A stretch of 58,421 bases of DNA, the filler included, from Sphacelaria rigidula (taxonomy: Eukaryota), in assembly GCA_964200075.2 (NCBI GenBank). It is 9 parts of 9 records of this genome, joined end to end, with 100 filler letters (N's around TTAATTAATTAA, not from the genome) between each part and the next. Parts side by side here need not be neighbours in the genome. Positions count along the whole stretch, not along the records: positions 1 to 6,403 come from CAXNAA020020289.1; positions 6,504 to 12,906 come from CAXNAA020020290.1; 7 more parts are not named here. The stretch is one strand, 5' to 3'. This document shows positions 1-12,906 of this stretch, in pieces. The notes beneath the pieces are model-generated. The model did no database searches. It was not told the origin of the DNA and saw only the letters and a program-made list of their open reading frames with translations. The position numbers and the translations under genes are program-made. How positions within the stretch are numbered: position 1 is the stretch's first letter; each line of letters opens with the position of its first letter.

Positions 1-14
1 AACAAAGGAAAGAA

Positions 15-230
15 AAAAATGAGTCCGCCCCCCCCCCCCAAAAAAAAAAAAACATCATGAAGAAAATGGTCATCATACAGCCCCTGATGTTTGATTTCGG
101 GCTGAATGAAGCGCCTCATATGGGCGACATTGGTGGAAACAAACCCAAGCGTGTGAGTTCCTAGCTGCTCGTTGTGCTCGAGTTTTTTCATTTCGATTTA
201 CGTGCAGGTTTCGCCTCCCCAAGCCAGCCA
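15..230 (+). repeat. Dispersed repeat (poly-C, A-run, ATACAG...GGGCGACATTGG...CCCAAGCGT...CAGCC), probably the distal 3' part of the LINE family in contig 6
   Basis: Similar by eye to 880-1090 and 36959-37182; at 36959 it directly follows the LINE 3' motif GGCAACAAATGAGTACGCCCCCC. Confidence 0.7.
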
Positions 231-242
231 TATATTCTTCTT

Positions 243-512
243 GGGGGGTTGTAGTCATGATCATGCATGTCATAGTCATAACACTGTTGGGCTCACACCG
301 TATGACTCCGCCAGTGAAAATAGATCCCGCTGAGGTTTATACCATATGACTCTCATCCAGCGAAAAGAAGTACCACTGAGTTGTACAGTATAACTCATCC
401 AATGGAAAGAAGTACCGCTGAGGTATACCACATGACCCTTTCAGTGGAAAATAGGTACGGCGGAGATAGACCATACGACCCAGCCAGTGAAAGTAGGTAC
501 GTCCGAGTTATA
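243..512 (+). mobile_element. DNA-transposon-like terminus followed by about five degenerate ~43-bp subterminal tandem repeats
   Basis: 243-280 (GGGGGGTTGTAGTCATGATCATGCATGTCATAGTCA) matches the terminal motif at 28527 and 38716. Units resembling CCATATGAC...CCAGTGAAAA...GTACCGCTGAG start at about 298, 341, 386, 428 and 471. Confidence 0.6.
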
Positions 513-879
513 CGATCCGTTCCTCGCTCTGGTAGTGGAAGAAGCTCCTTCCAGCAAAAGCTGCGCGTCACCATTGGCGAGCTTTGATGAAAGGTCGGAG
601 TCCAAGTAACGAAGCCGTTCGCTATATGTCTACCATGCATCAACCTGTGGTGCTTTGATAGTTTTGACTCCTCATTGGCGCTATCTGTTCAAACAACATA
701 AACATTCAAAGCAAGCGAACCCTGGGTTCTGCTCAAGTAGTTGAGCTGTTGAACGTGTGTATCGCTGCCAAGGAAAATGGCTCCATGCAACCGACGCGGA
801 GTGATGTACGTCTCGTGCGAGAGCTCCTTCGTGCGTGAACGGTACAATTTCTGTCCATTTGTGAGTGATGCCCCGATTG

Positions 880-1090
880 CCCCCCCCACCCCCCACCCCA
901 AAACCAGCTCCGAAACTGCCAGGGAAAAAATGACCATACAGCGCAAGAGTGCTGGCTACAGACTGCATGGAACGCCTCATGTGGGCGACATTGGCAGAAA
1001 TGATCCCAAGCGTAGGAGTTCCCAGCTGTTCGGTGTGCTCAGCTTTTGTCATTTCGATTCGTTTGTGGAATTTACCTCCTCAAATCAGCC
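880..1090 (+). repeat. Second copy of the dispersed repeat at 15-230 and 36959-37182
   Basis: Shared core GCCTCA...GGGCGACATTGGC...CCCAAGCGT.GGAGTTCCCAGCTG preceded by a C-tract. Confidence 0.7.
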
Positions 1091-1659
1091 GATTTGGGGC
1101 TATCGCGGCATCATTCTTGTTTTCGGGGGCTTATAACGTGACCCTGCTATTCCAAAGGCTCGTGGGTTAGAGTCATGCCACGGTAGGGATGCACGAAACA
1201 AATATGAGTTTCAATCATCAGGAGCCCTTCATGTCATCCGAAAACGACTGATGGAATGTTTGAGAGCGCGTCACGCGTTGCAGTCCGATGGACTAAATAC
1301 ATCTCAAATGAACTGCATAACGAGAAGGTCCTGACCCAAAGTTTTGTGTAGCTCCCAAAGGTGAGAGCCTGTCAATGAGAAACATCTGGGTCCCTACAGT
1401 GGTATGACTCTGTGGAGATTTGAAAAAGAGGGATAGAAGGCGATTTCGACCTCGTCTTCTATTTTTTCCCATTTTCGAGGAGAGAGCGATTGAGGCATCT
1501 CCCCGCGGCCAGGGGCGCTTGTAACGTTCCTCCTGGAAGCCGCTTCCCTTCTTCCCCCCCCCCCTCTCCGCTGGGTGATTTCCCTATGCAATGTGGTGTC
1601 TTGTTCTGTACGATTGGGAATGAGTGTGGCTTCTGCACAAGACCTTCTCCCACCGAAGT

Positions 1660-1920
1660 CATGTGGCAGCGGCTGGCCATTTCTAGTTTTTCTCTTGCTC
1701 GTCTGTGTTTTTCTGCGTTTTTTCCTTCTTTACTCTTACTTGCTCTTTTTTTCTGAGTCTACAGTACTCTATCGGTTGTACCTTTTCTGTTCTGTTTTTC
1801 TTCACGTTTCTTCGGCGAATGTTTCGATTTTGTTTCATCTCGGGAACGTCTAGCATGTGCTCACGGCTGAATCCCGTGTATGCGTTATAAACGACACAAT
1901 CAATCAACCCAATCAACCAA
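1660..1920 (+). mobile_element. Probable 3' end of a non-LTR retroelement (pyrimidine-rich UTR and (CAAT)n tail)
   Basis: T/C-rich tract, then ACGTCTAGCATGTGCTCACGGCTGAA and CAATCAATC. Related tails occur at 35909-35990, 36857-36933 and 57820-57900. Confidence 0.55.
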
Positions 1921-3024
1921 GGCACGGATCCCATAGTCGTTTCAAGCCGAACAAAACATTTTCACGGCTCAGGCACCGCTCAGGCGTCGACTCTGTCCCC
2001 TGTTTGAATGGTGAGAGTTGGCGCCACTGCTATGTGGAGAACCACATGACAGTAGCATGCGTACCCACCTTCCACTATATTGCCGATTTGGGAATGTTCG
2101 GGCTCTTGCTCCTGAGACAACGTCCTACGAGTCACCTTGCCGCGGGGCAAAACCTCGATAGCGACACATAATTACTGCGGTACGTTGGGAGCAAAAATAA
2201 AGTTATCAAGTAGGTCACATCCTTTAGCTTCTGTGTAAACAAGACTCCTCCCCGCCCGCCACTCTAAATGCCATGGTCGATAGGCTCGTCAATTCATAGC
2301 AGTATCTCCAATTTGCATGTTTTGTTTCACCTTTGATCTTGCCCCAATATAACAAAAGCATAGTTTCCGTCAGGCTCACCAAATTGTGGTGGATCGGTAG
2401 ACACCAGCATGGTTGAGACAGGTCGCATTTGGAAGCACGTATCATTTGATCGGGACAAGACACCGGGGCTAGAGCCTTGTACAATGTTTTGGTCTCAAAA
2501 AGGGTCAGCTTCGCTCAAACTGGTCCGATGCTTTCCGATGTTTCCGCGCCGTAAGTCCCACCAGAATGGTATACCGGTTTCTCGAGAGTTCGTGTCATTT
2601 CTTAACCGTCAACTGCATGTGTGTCGTACTTTACTCCGCATCAATCAGCTCTCGTTAACCAAGACGGGCGCGAAAAACGATAATATATCTGCCTCATTCG
2701 CAACACGCCCGAGCAAACCTCATGTAGCTAACGTAAACTTTGCGCGTACTGTAGAGCGCCCCTGTCAGGGTGGAAATAAGTTCACGCGCGTGGCGTTTGG
2801 TAGCCACAGTGGGCAAAGAAGGCATCTTGTTCGATTATTCCGTTTGTCCTGGCACATAAGTGTGGTTTCTCCTTCAAGTTTCGCAACAAGTGGAGACGAG
2901 GGTACGAATACTATAGCACAAGGTTCCACCCCTTGAGTCTACAAGCTAGTCCTTAGGAAGGGAAGGACGGGATGGGGGGGGGGGATTCCTTGAGACGACG
3001 GACTCATCTCAAGAAGAAAGGGGA

Positions 3025-3095
3025 CGGCGTACTCATTTGTTGCTTGCATTAGTCGTTTGACCATTGACCACGCATCCCTTTCGAGACGGAGTCCA
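3025..3095 (-). mobile_element. Short 3' fragment of the contig-6 LINE family
   Basis: AGTCGTTTGACCATTGACCACGCAT.CCTTTCGAG.CGGAG matches about 37215-37257; a further fragment lies at about 16825-16872. Confidence 0.75.
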
Positions 3096-6000
3096 AGGAA
3101 AGAGGGGGAGGGGGAGGAGAGTGTAGAACTTCCTGCAATGAGAAGCAGAGAACATGAACATCGTACCGTTTAGCTCGATCGATAAATATTAGTCATGTTG
3201 GCTGCTACCCCAAGACCACGCCCTGGCCGTCACTAATGAACCCTCAAGTCCTCATCAACTTGCCCTGTCAGGTCAGCGGGGGCGACGGCAGGTTGCGGCT
3301 CGGAGTGATCATCCCAGTGACGGGTGGTCGGCGCGCCGCTCGTACCGTAACAACAGTAAGAGCTATCAGAACACTTACGATACAGTTATATGAGCATTTC
3401 AAGCACCCTAGCTTGGAGAGTGGCGTGAGGTAAAAAGATCATACCCCCCTGGGTACTCTGAACCCTCTTGGAAGGGAACGACATATTCTACCCGAAAGCT
3501 AGGGAGGACACAAAGGTGACCCATGTCCTTACATAATGAAACCACGTGCCCCGGAGGGCGGGGTTACGTTTGGCTGAAAAATACACAAAAATATACGCAC
3601 GACTGGAAGGAAGAAGAAAGATTAAATAAAAATAAATCGCCGGCTACATGGTACCCGGGCCATAAGCGGCCGAACACCTAAAACTGGAAGCTACACAGGT
3701 CGGCGTACCGAACAAGGCACGGCAATTCAACGCAAGGTAAAGGAAGGCAAGGCAAGACAACACAATAAGGGCCGAAGGATAGTAGGACCCAATCACGAGC
3801 CTACGAAAAATAAAATATGAGCATGACGAAACAGAAGAGGACAGGACGAAGTAAAGCGAAGTAAAGCGAAGTAAACCGCACAAATTCTAAACAAACCACA
3901 ACGAAATACAGCACGGCACATCACGGCACAACACGGCACAACAAAAACAAAAGCACACGACAAGAGAAAAAAAAGGAGAAAGGAAATGGAGGCGAAGGGT
4001 GCATAAAAAGGGAGAAATTCTAGAATATAGCACTCATTGCACCACAAGCGGGGGTGGGAGAGGGGCATATCACATCCTCGCTCAGTAGGCAAAACACCAG
4101 AAGAGATGGAAATCGTGTACCTAGAAGATAAGGATAACACGGATGTCACCAACAACATCGTAAAACCACCAACCCATCGCCCATCACCCGCCCCCGACGC
4201 CCTCATCGATCAGGGGCGGTGGCTCCTTCCAGTAGTTGAGATCCGAGAACTCGTCGCCAGCTGCGGACCGGTTCGGGAAAGCTGTGATTGTGGCCGGAGA
4301 GTTTCCCGTGGTGTTGCCTGCGTAACATTTGTACATTCATGGTCGGGGGTTTGAGGCTTTCTTCTGCGGGTTCCCGACCGCTACCGCTTACGCTCATCAT
4401 AAGACGGCAAAGCATACCATGTACTGTTATGTCGGTAGAGGTCGTCACGCAGCTGGTGTAACGTTCACGGTTGCCTATTTGATACTCGAGCATATATATA
4501 TATATATATATGTACACATATCTAACATAATTCGGTCACCGCCTGATACATGTATAAATCGCAATACGGGTTGACTTTTCGGATCTAGGAGGTATGGTCC
4601 TATCTAGACTCGTGGGATCACAAACATCTATTAATGGTGTCACGTAAAAAGCAAACTCTCCACCACCACCACCTGTGGGCAGGAAAGACTACACTGGCGC
4701 AAATTCAAGGCGTGAACACGTGGCCGGTAGGGTGATACTCGGGCGTCAAGCTGCAGAATCCGCATGAACCAAGGGCTGATGTTGTGCGGGCTGTTGGTGT
4801 AATAGTTTCACGTATGCTTAACTCTTGTGACAAACCATAGCTCTAACCTGGTGTGTAGCGGAGCAGATGCTGTTCTACAACCAGTCATCGAATCAAGACA
4901 ATCGGTAGCCTTAGGTTGAACGTGAAAGGGAGTAAATGCCAGTGGTGGACGTGAGGTATGGCAGACGTGTTGAGGAAGAGAGAGCGAGATATTTCTCCCT
5001 CAAGCAAGCGAACACCGTGGGGAAAGAGCTGACAAGCTATGAGACACGGCAAAGGAGGCTGGAAAGGGAAAAATAGAAAGGTGCAATCAATCCTCAACAT
5101 ACGCATACTGCCTTGAAATCTTCAACATTTCCCCCGGCGACACCTTCCCCGGGTGAGCTAGCTCTGAGTAAACTGTCCCACTATGCATCAGCGTCGATAA
5201 GAACATCCTACTGTTGTGCCGATCGAGGATGCTCAGAACGGTGCTCAAGTACTTCCCCTGAATTTTTCAGGCATTTTTCATGACATAGCCGGCGACTCTG
5301 ACGCTACATGATTCCCCGCTGAACATCGCTACTCCGCTGTTTTTCTTGAGATTCATTTTCTTTGTCAACCGCATAGGACGCTGAAACCCACCAAGGACTG
5401 TACCTTTCTGTCGCTGGCGCCTGTTCCGCCGCGTTGGAGAAGAGGTGGGAATACGAAGCCGACGTTTTGGCACAACATATCGAAGGTGTAGATATCCGTC
5501 TTGTTCCTCTTCTTCAACATTCCGCCGGTGTCTAGCATGAAAGTTCGTCAGACTGGCACCATCCCCTGCACAGTGAAAGACGACATCATTGTATTTTTAC
5601 TATCGGCCAGGGGTGGGTGTAATGAACATCGGGGTGAAGGTGATATTGATATTTTGCACGGCGCAGTCTGGTTTCTCATTTAACAAGGTTTCGCACTGAA
5701 CAAGGACGACATTATTTTACGGGGGTGTCGAGGGGATACGCATTGATCCAACTCAACCACACCAAAACGTCCAGCACCTTGCTTCCGCCAACGAGTTAAA
5801 TGGTCGTAGTCATTGACCACCTGCATTACTGGTGAATGTCCATACACGAAGCAATGGCCACGCGAGTCGGCGTGTGTCTCAGAGAGTAGAGCGCTGACGA
5901 ACAGTCTTCGAGAAGATGGCAGCTAGCAGAGGAGACAAGCGGGTACGCACGGGGGGAGGATCATAGTCCAGGTTCGCGTACGCGGCCGCTTGTCTTTCCC

Positions 6001-6339
6001 TCCCGGTCAAGGTCGAGATTTTTCCTTGCCAGGGTTGTTGTTGTTGAGGGACGGCTGTACGAGCGGAAACCGGAACAGTTCAGAGACTATATCTCGCCGC
6101 GTGGTGTTACAGGTACGTCGTCTTTGCTCTGGCTTATCCTCTTAGCTCTCGTGATTCACAGACGACAGGCAGTACTGTACTCTGAGCCGTGAGTGACGTA
6201 AAGCGTTAAGAAGTGGCATAAGCGACGGTTTGGCACACGACACTGGGCTTGCGGTTGCCTTCCCCTCATTTTTGCTGTTGCGGTTTGATCCTCGTGCTCT
6301 CTCTCTTTTGGACCCCCCCCTCCCTCCCGACGAGCGAAA

Positions 6340-6403
6340 CGAGCCTGGTCCGGCGAAAACCCGGCGTGCTCCGTCCCGGCTTTGCAGGGATGCGAGGTCG
6401 ATG
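6340..6403 (+). mobile_element. Internal part of the GGGGTGTACTCATGATCATG-terminus element, cut by the contig end
   Basis: GAGCCTGGTCCGGCGAAAACCCGGCGTGCTCCGTC matches the reverse complement of 38760-38820 and is similar to 28795-28855. Confidence 0.75.
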
Positions 6404-6503
6404 NNNNNNNNNNNNNNNNNNNNNNNNNNNNNNNNNNNNNNNNNNNNTTAATTAATTAANNNNNNNNNNNNNNNNNNNNNNNNNNNNNNNNNNNNNNNNN
6501 NNN
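6404..6503. other. Artificial contig spacer (44 N + TTAATTAATTAA + 44 N); identical spacers at 12907-13006, 19410-19509, 25912-26011, 32414-32513, 38916-39015, 45418-45517 and 51920-52019
   Basis: The same 100-nt structure with an all-frame stop linker occurs eight times and separates segments of 6403, 6403, 6403 and then 6402 bp, as expected for length-sorted contigs. Confidence 0.98.
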
Positions 6504-6630
6504 TCAATTCATAAAATCGTCCCTTAAACTCACCACCACCATCACACCTGATTCGGCCAATGCAGAGCCCCTCCGGATCAGCCACGTCCTTCACAAAGTT
6601 CTTCAGTGCTTCGGCTGCTTCGTCCTTGGA
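6504..6630 (-). mobile_element. Ty1/Copia LTR-retrotransposon integrase core (rve) fragment, truncated by the contig edge
   Basis: Translation SKDEAAEALKNFVKDVADPEGLCIGRIRCDGGGEFKGRFYEL fits the Copia integrase pattern K.E....F...IR.D.GGEF around the second catalytic Asp. Confidence 0.8.
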
Positions 6631-6974
6631 TGTATTCAACTGTTCGGTTCGTTACTCGTGTTGACCCTATCGGTACCGCCATGTGCGGCGTACAAAATCT
6701 GTTCTCTGTGACAAAACTTCAGCTTTGTGTCTTGGAAGAACATGGAGTAAGTGTCACCCCCGGGCTGGGTCATCTGTTGCATTGGCATAATTTTCGCTTG
6801 CAAAATGAGGACAAGACCCAGATGATGCACCCCGGCGGCCAAACGGTCCAAATTTAGAGCTGGCGGCAGTAGGGGATCATGCTCTCCAGACGTTTGATGT
6901 TACCTGATCCTTGGTGATACCTTCGGACAACGGGAAGGACCGCAGTAGGAGGGGTAGAGAAGACAGCACAGCAC

Positions 6975-7025
6975 AGCACTGTACTGTACTGTACTGTACT
7001 GTACTGTACTGCGTTGTACTGTACT
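6975..7025. repeat. (CTGTA)n microsatellite
   Basis: Read directly from the sequence. Confidence 0.9.
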
Positions 7026-7029
7026 ACTA

Positions 7030-9370
7030 TGGGCGCGCCTGACCCCCCAAAATGAGCAAAAAAATGTCACCGACCAAAAGCATGAACAGACTGGATCTCT
7101 TTCATCCCCTGATCATGCACGCCGTATAATCACCCAAAGTAGTTGTGATTTGAGAGGGGTTTCCACTTGACGACTTCCCATTTTCGTCGTCCCGGACTAC
7201 GAACCACGGCGTGCCCCGGCTACTCACCGGCGTGTATTTGTCCAAGCTACAATCTGACCGAATAGTGTCACCAAAAAAGTTATAGTGATCGAGAAGATCG
7301 CAAGCAACCCATGTTCCGCCCACTTAATTCGTTTTAAAACTTGGGTCCTGATGGTATGATAATATTCATCCGGTCGAGTTGTAGCTGTCGTCTTGGCGCA
7401 GATGATGCATAAAATGGTACCCCAACCGATGGCCTTAGCGATGAGTCATCGGGGCAACAGTTTGGACTATGACGGCAAACAAGCGCCCCCAACCCTCGCC
7501 GGTTTCCACGATACGCTAAGACCTCACCCCTGTCCAACGGCCTTAGAATATGTTACATACATGGACGACTCCTGATAGTACAGATGGTTGATACATTGGA
7601 TGTGTGGAATGTTCGACAGGTGTAGAATTTGAACCTTCAACCGAATCCCCAGAAGCTGTGTCTGCGAGACGTTCACCCCTGTCTGTGCATCGCTCGTGTC
7701 AGTGGCAAGAGTAGCACTCGTTCTCCTGCACCCCGCGCCATCACCACGCCACCATTGATAGCGTAGCTTAGTATCTCATCCCATCTGGCGGCACGTATGG
7801 GAAAGTGAAGGAGAAAGGAAAGCCTCAGGGAAAGCTGGCGTTCAAGTAGAGAAGAGCAGTATCTTGAACGCAATGACAACACACTCCAACAACCGTCAAT
7901 AACATGACAATGAGTAGGACGAACGAAAGAACGAATCATTTTCGCCACCTTGCAGCAGCGAAGCGAACAAATTTCAACACCGTCCCTAACCCTAACCACA
8001 ACGGAGGCATACCGAGAGCCATTGGGCAAGGGGGGTGCAACGTGTTTCCTCGGCGAAGTGTGCGTTGCCAGATTCAAGTCGGCGCCCCAGGCGCCGATTT
8101 AGACAAGAGCGCGTTCTGGGCACGTTAGGAGCATGCTAGGAGCACAGCCCCCATGAAAGATCCGGATTTCGGTGTCCACTCTAGAATAAAGATGGACCGA
8201 CTTACCCTCCCGACTAGTGAACTCTACTGCGTCAAGACGACACAAAAGACAGCATAAAGTCGTCTGCCCACTTTTCCTGAAGCCACATGGCATCGAAGCC
8301 CCATTCATGTCGTTCAGTGGGCCAACCCGTCCTCAGACACGCGTCTGTTGTATCGACACTGTTGGGTGACGGACGACGGTTTGTTTCATTCCCTCTTGGA
8401 ACACAAAACCTTCGGAGTCCAATTAACCCCTAGACTGCGAGTGCAGTCCATCTGGGCCATGCATACTTTTCTTGAGTGAAAATTGATGTCGACTCGGCAG
8501 GTGACCAACCCTCGCGGTCGAAGGATTAATATCATATTAATGAAACGAAAAGCCATGCCGACGGAATAACAAATACGCTGGCACAAGGCGAGTCATTCAT
8601 CCGCCAAAAGTTGTGAAACGATGGCATCCGACAATCAGGCTCCTCAAAACATGACGAGGTGGTCGACCAACATCCGGCCAGCCCACATCACACACCCAGC
8701 GACTGTTTGTACTCCACTCGTCTGTGTAAGGGCCGTCCTCGTGGAAGTTCATCAGTACATTTGGCTCTGTCGCACGTTGAACACACGATGTTGGCCCAGT
8801 TTCGATCCGCATCCCCCCCCAAAATTGCTTCAGCGTCCTGGTTTCAGTTACCGGCGTTGGGCTACATGGTTGATACTGCTTGATGTGAGTGTTTCCAACG
8901 AGAATCGGAATTTTAGTAGGGCTGACAGTCCCGTGTGCTCCTCGTGTGCGCACAACGTGTTATCGTTGAAATCGGCGCCACAGGCGCCGATTTGGGGTCT
9001 CCCAAGGGCTCACTTTGTGTAGGGAATGTATGTACCGCCCTTGCCCGAGTGGTCTCGGTATGCGTTGGGTTGGGTCAACCCAACTAGCTTGCTGGCATTC
9101 CAGCGTATCACAAGCGCGGACGAAAAGCGACGCAGTGGCATGCAATATGTGAGGAACAACAACGGAAATAACGGTAGGGGTTTTGATTTTAGAATGCAGT
9201 CCACCTCTTCTGGATATGAATTCTGGATTCATGTCGTTCTCTTCCGATGACGTGAGGCCCATTTTACCCCACGAGCCTGGATAAGCCCCAAAAGTCGGTC
9301 TATTCGTGTCTGTTCGTGAATTTGGTCGGTGACACATTTTTTTCCCATTGTGGGGGGTCAGGCGCACCCA
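7030..9370. mobile_element. ~2.3-kb element bounded by ~60-70-bp imperfect terminal inverted repeats, with decayed internal sequence
   Basis: TGGGCGCGCCTGACCCCCCAAAATGAGCAAAAAAATGTCACCGACCAAA at 7030 matches the reverse complement of about 9305-9370. TA flanks both ends. Confidence 0.6.
8423..8529. mobile_element. Complete ~100-bp piggyBac-type MITE with TTAA target-site duplication
   Basis: TTAA-CCCCTAGACTGCGAG...CTCGCGGTCGAAGGA-TTAA. Short CCC/GG termini plus TTAA on both sides is the piggyBac signature. Confidence 0.75.
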
Positions 9371-12300
9371 TAATTGTACAGTGTAGTTGGGTTCGTCCAT
9401 TCATACAGTCACCACCAGGGTTGTTCATCTGTTGCATTGGCATAATTTGCACGTGAAGAACGAATGATGTACAGACAGTACGGTCGTGAGCAATGCAGCA
9501 GAGCATGTTGCGGCATGTGCGCAGAAAGCCTTCTGAGATTCTCTTTGGAACGACGGACCCTTCGTTGCTAACCGGCCTGCTCGATATTTCCATCAGGAAG
9601 CGCCGGGACACTAGTTGAAGTGTTGGCTTGCACGTTTTTTGAGTGGTTCGCAGATCCAACGGAACAAGTACTGGCGTCCGGTTTGGGCCACACGCGTCTT
9701 GGGGGGCACCTTGTCCGTGTGTCGAATACCGCCAGTGTACTTGAGTTGTCACGGTGCTTTGAGTGAGGATGCCGCGTAGGGATGGGCAAAAAGTCAAATG
9801 GTTTGCTTGATTTTTTTCATGGGGGTCGTCGAGGTCACACGCGGGTGCGCTGGTTCGTAGACATTTCCACTTCGGGCGGAGTCTCGTGGAGTCATTTTTA
9901 TGCTTCATTATGCTATAGCGAAGTCCCACACAAAATTCCAATACACAAGTACCAAACCTTGGCCGGTGAGTGGCCCACAAAATACTGTTCCGAATTTAAA
10001 CTGCTCCGGGTTTCAAACGGTCCATTCTCAGCTCATTTTTTAGGGTTGGACGTTAAATTTGGTATGAACCAGTGTTGCACCCAAAAAAAAATGCAACTCC
10101 AATGCCAAGATGCCCGGATACAAGAATCATACAAGAATCATGCGCACCCGATGTACCTTTTGACGGTTCAGTACTGTATCTTCAGTAGAAGTCAAGCGTT
10201 ACTTTGCTTGTGGATTTTTCCGCCGTGTCTGGAGGAACCGGTCTGAAACTTGGCACAGAGGTAGACCACAACATAGACAGCATATTCCCGGTTCGGCGGC
10301 ACGTGTCGGGGGGGTGCGTAAGACGCGCCCCTACAGATGCATAATTTGGGCAATACCGTCAATATGCCCTCAAAACGGCGTCTCCGCCGCCCAGATTGCG
10401 TGAGACATCGGTGGATGCATATGTTGACACGCAGATGCGCTCACTTCCACATGATGATCTGCTGGGTGGCTCCCGCCCCGGCCAACAAACATCGATCCGT
10501 ATTTGGCACACACTGGATGATGTTATTCTACGCGGTACCCAACGTGGTATCGCCTGTTAAGTTGCTCACTTCAGGAGGCACGGACGTGCAAGCGCTGTCA
10601 GTGCTTTTACGCGCTGAAACTTCGACCACATGTCATGTAGACAACAGACAACAATTCCATCGTGCTGAATCTGGGGTTGCGTAGTGTGTGCGTGCGTGCG
10701 TGTTGGGGCGAAAATATGTCGGATTTCTGTTCCGAACTTTTTTATTTTTTTATTTTGTCGCAACACTGAAACAACGGATAGGTTATAGCACAAGAACATA
10801 TGCATGAACCCAAACTTTTTTTTCTTTCATTAGTATAGTTGTAGTAGTAGTAATAGTAGTAGTAGCAGTAGTAATAGCTTGCACAAGCTGAATGGTGACT
10901 GCACCAATCCTTCACACGAGACTACGATGTGAACCACACTGTTGGGATCTCACAGATCTTCCAGAACTTGAGTGAATTATGTGATGGCCCATGTGTATAA
11001 ATCCTGAGCCTAACATGTCAGGGGTCACGGAGTGGGTATAAGAGCGCGAGGTGCTCACGCGCAAACAAGGCGCATAACTCGAGCGCATTTTGTTGGAAAG
11101 TCGCATGAATCCCGCATATCACGGCGTTTTTTGCGTGCATAATGTCGCACAGACTTCCATCCTATTGTTGTACTTGAATCAAAACAAATTGCGCTCACAC
11201 GTTTCGGCATGTCAGGCTACCTACGGGGCGGCAATCTGTTATGAGCTAACGCAGAAATCGGGTTTCCCCCGGGCTGCTTAGCTTGCGCGTGTGGCATGTG
11301 GCCGTACGGCGATGGCACCGCCACTGGGATGTTATTCAGTAGAGGTATGCATGCGTGCATCTCGTAGGGGAAAAGCGGTGTGTCGACAACACGCTCGACT
11401 GCCCAAACTCAATTGGACACAATATCGCGGTTGTTTTGATCCCAGATAGATGGATGGAAAAAATCGTGGGTGTGGAATTGGGAACACCGTCGTGTACTCG
11501 ACATTAATTCCCCAAAACATCCACGATGTCATACAAATGTTGGTTTATATAGATGTAGACGGGCAATCCAACCCACTCGAAAAGTCATCGACAGTGAGTA
11601 CGAGCTCGTGCACCACTTCGTTAGAAATAACGCCTGTTTCGTCTCCGACACAGCGCGCTTCGGAACAAGAAGGGAAGGGCGCTTTGCCTGGTGCACCGTT
11701 CCTCCACCGTCCAGCGCACAAGGCGACCCACCAGGCATTCACCGTGTTCACGGTTCTCACTACTTCCTGCACACGTGCCGTCGGAACGGTCATAGAACAA
11801 GATAATCTGAGCAAGGTTTACACCCGCTCGCCGTCGTCTTTGTCCAGGGGGCAGTTTTACCTCGAATAACCGTTTAATCGCATTTCCGGTGCACCCGGCC
11901 GAAACAGAAATGGCGGTTTGAACTGGTTGTATGCCCAGCCTTCGACAAACATCGATAACACTCAACCCCAACCCCGAGTACACGAGTATCCACAACGAAG
12001 TTGGACGCGGGGCATATGAAGCCCGCGCTGTATTCAACACGTTGGTGTCCTTTTCAGGACCTGTGGTGGACACGCTTCTCAACAGCTAGAGGAACGCGTC
12101 GCTTGCTTCACTGGCAATCTAAGCTGCATTCCCTTCGCAATTATTTCCGTCTTGTGAACGCAGATGCTTATGACTGCACCTCGCTCTCTGTAACCACTGC
12201 CATGATGAGATGGTATTTTTGTTTTACGATCGAGTTGGTGGAGGAGTCGGAGGAATAACCGTATACCTGAACCTCCCCCTCACCGCAATCCTGCTGTGAT

Positions 12301-12558
12301 GTCATGATACTTGTGCTTCTATGATGCTTTTAGGTGGAATACTCACAGGAATAGCTGGCAGAGCAGGTCACTCTGGACGGTAAGCATTCCTTGACGCGGC
12401 TGACCTTGACTACCGTACGGCCTAGTCCTCCTGCTCGGCAAGAGATTATGGTGTGCCGGGTACTGCAGACTTGAGTTCTCCAACCCCGGCCCTCACCGCC
12501 TCGAGCAGACGTAGTCGTGCGTCTGTGGTCTGTGAACATGATGGTGGGCCGCAAATAG

Positions 12559-12906
12559 AGGACGTGTCCCGGGGAGAGCTGCTCCAAGCAAACGTGTTTC
12601 GGGTTCGCGGGGAGAAGAAAGGCGGAGTTCAGCTCACAGCATACCGAAGACGGAATAATGAACGTTATCAACAGGACGTGCTGCAGAGAGGGATGCTCCA
12701 AGCGGCCGTCGTTTGGGCCGGCGGGGAGCAGGAAGGCGGAGTTTTGCTCACAGCACGCCGGGGACGGGATGGTAAACGTAGTTAACAAGACGTGTTACAG
12801 AGAGGGCTGCTCCAAGCGGCCGTCGTTTGGGCTGGCGGGGAGCAGGAAGGCGGAGTTTTGCTCACAGCACGCCGGGGACGGGATGGTGAACGTAGTTAAC
12901 AAGACG
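12559..12906 (+). CDS. Partial EsV-1-7-type cysteine-rich repeat protein (three tandem repeats of about 38-39 aa), cut by the contig end
   Basis: Repeats of C..EGCSKRPSFG..GSRKAEFCSQHAGDGMVNVVNKT match the EsV-1-7 CCCH motif of brown algae and phaeoviruses. The first repeat is degenerate and follows an in-frame TAG (possible splice acceptor or pseudogene). Confidence 0.85.

Noticed and set aside
5190..5760. Possible decayed minus-strand gene
   Set aside because: Multiple stops and no recognisable domain.
7984..7997. Telomeric repeat CCCTAACCCTAACC
   Set aside because: Only two units, internal to the contig.
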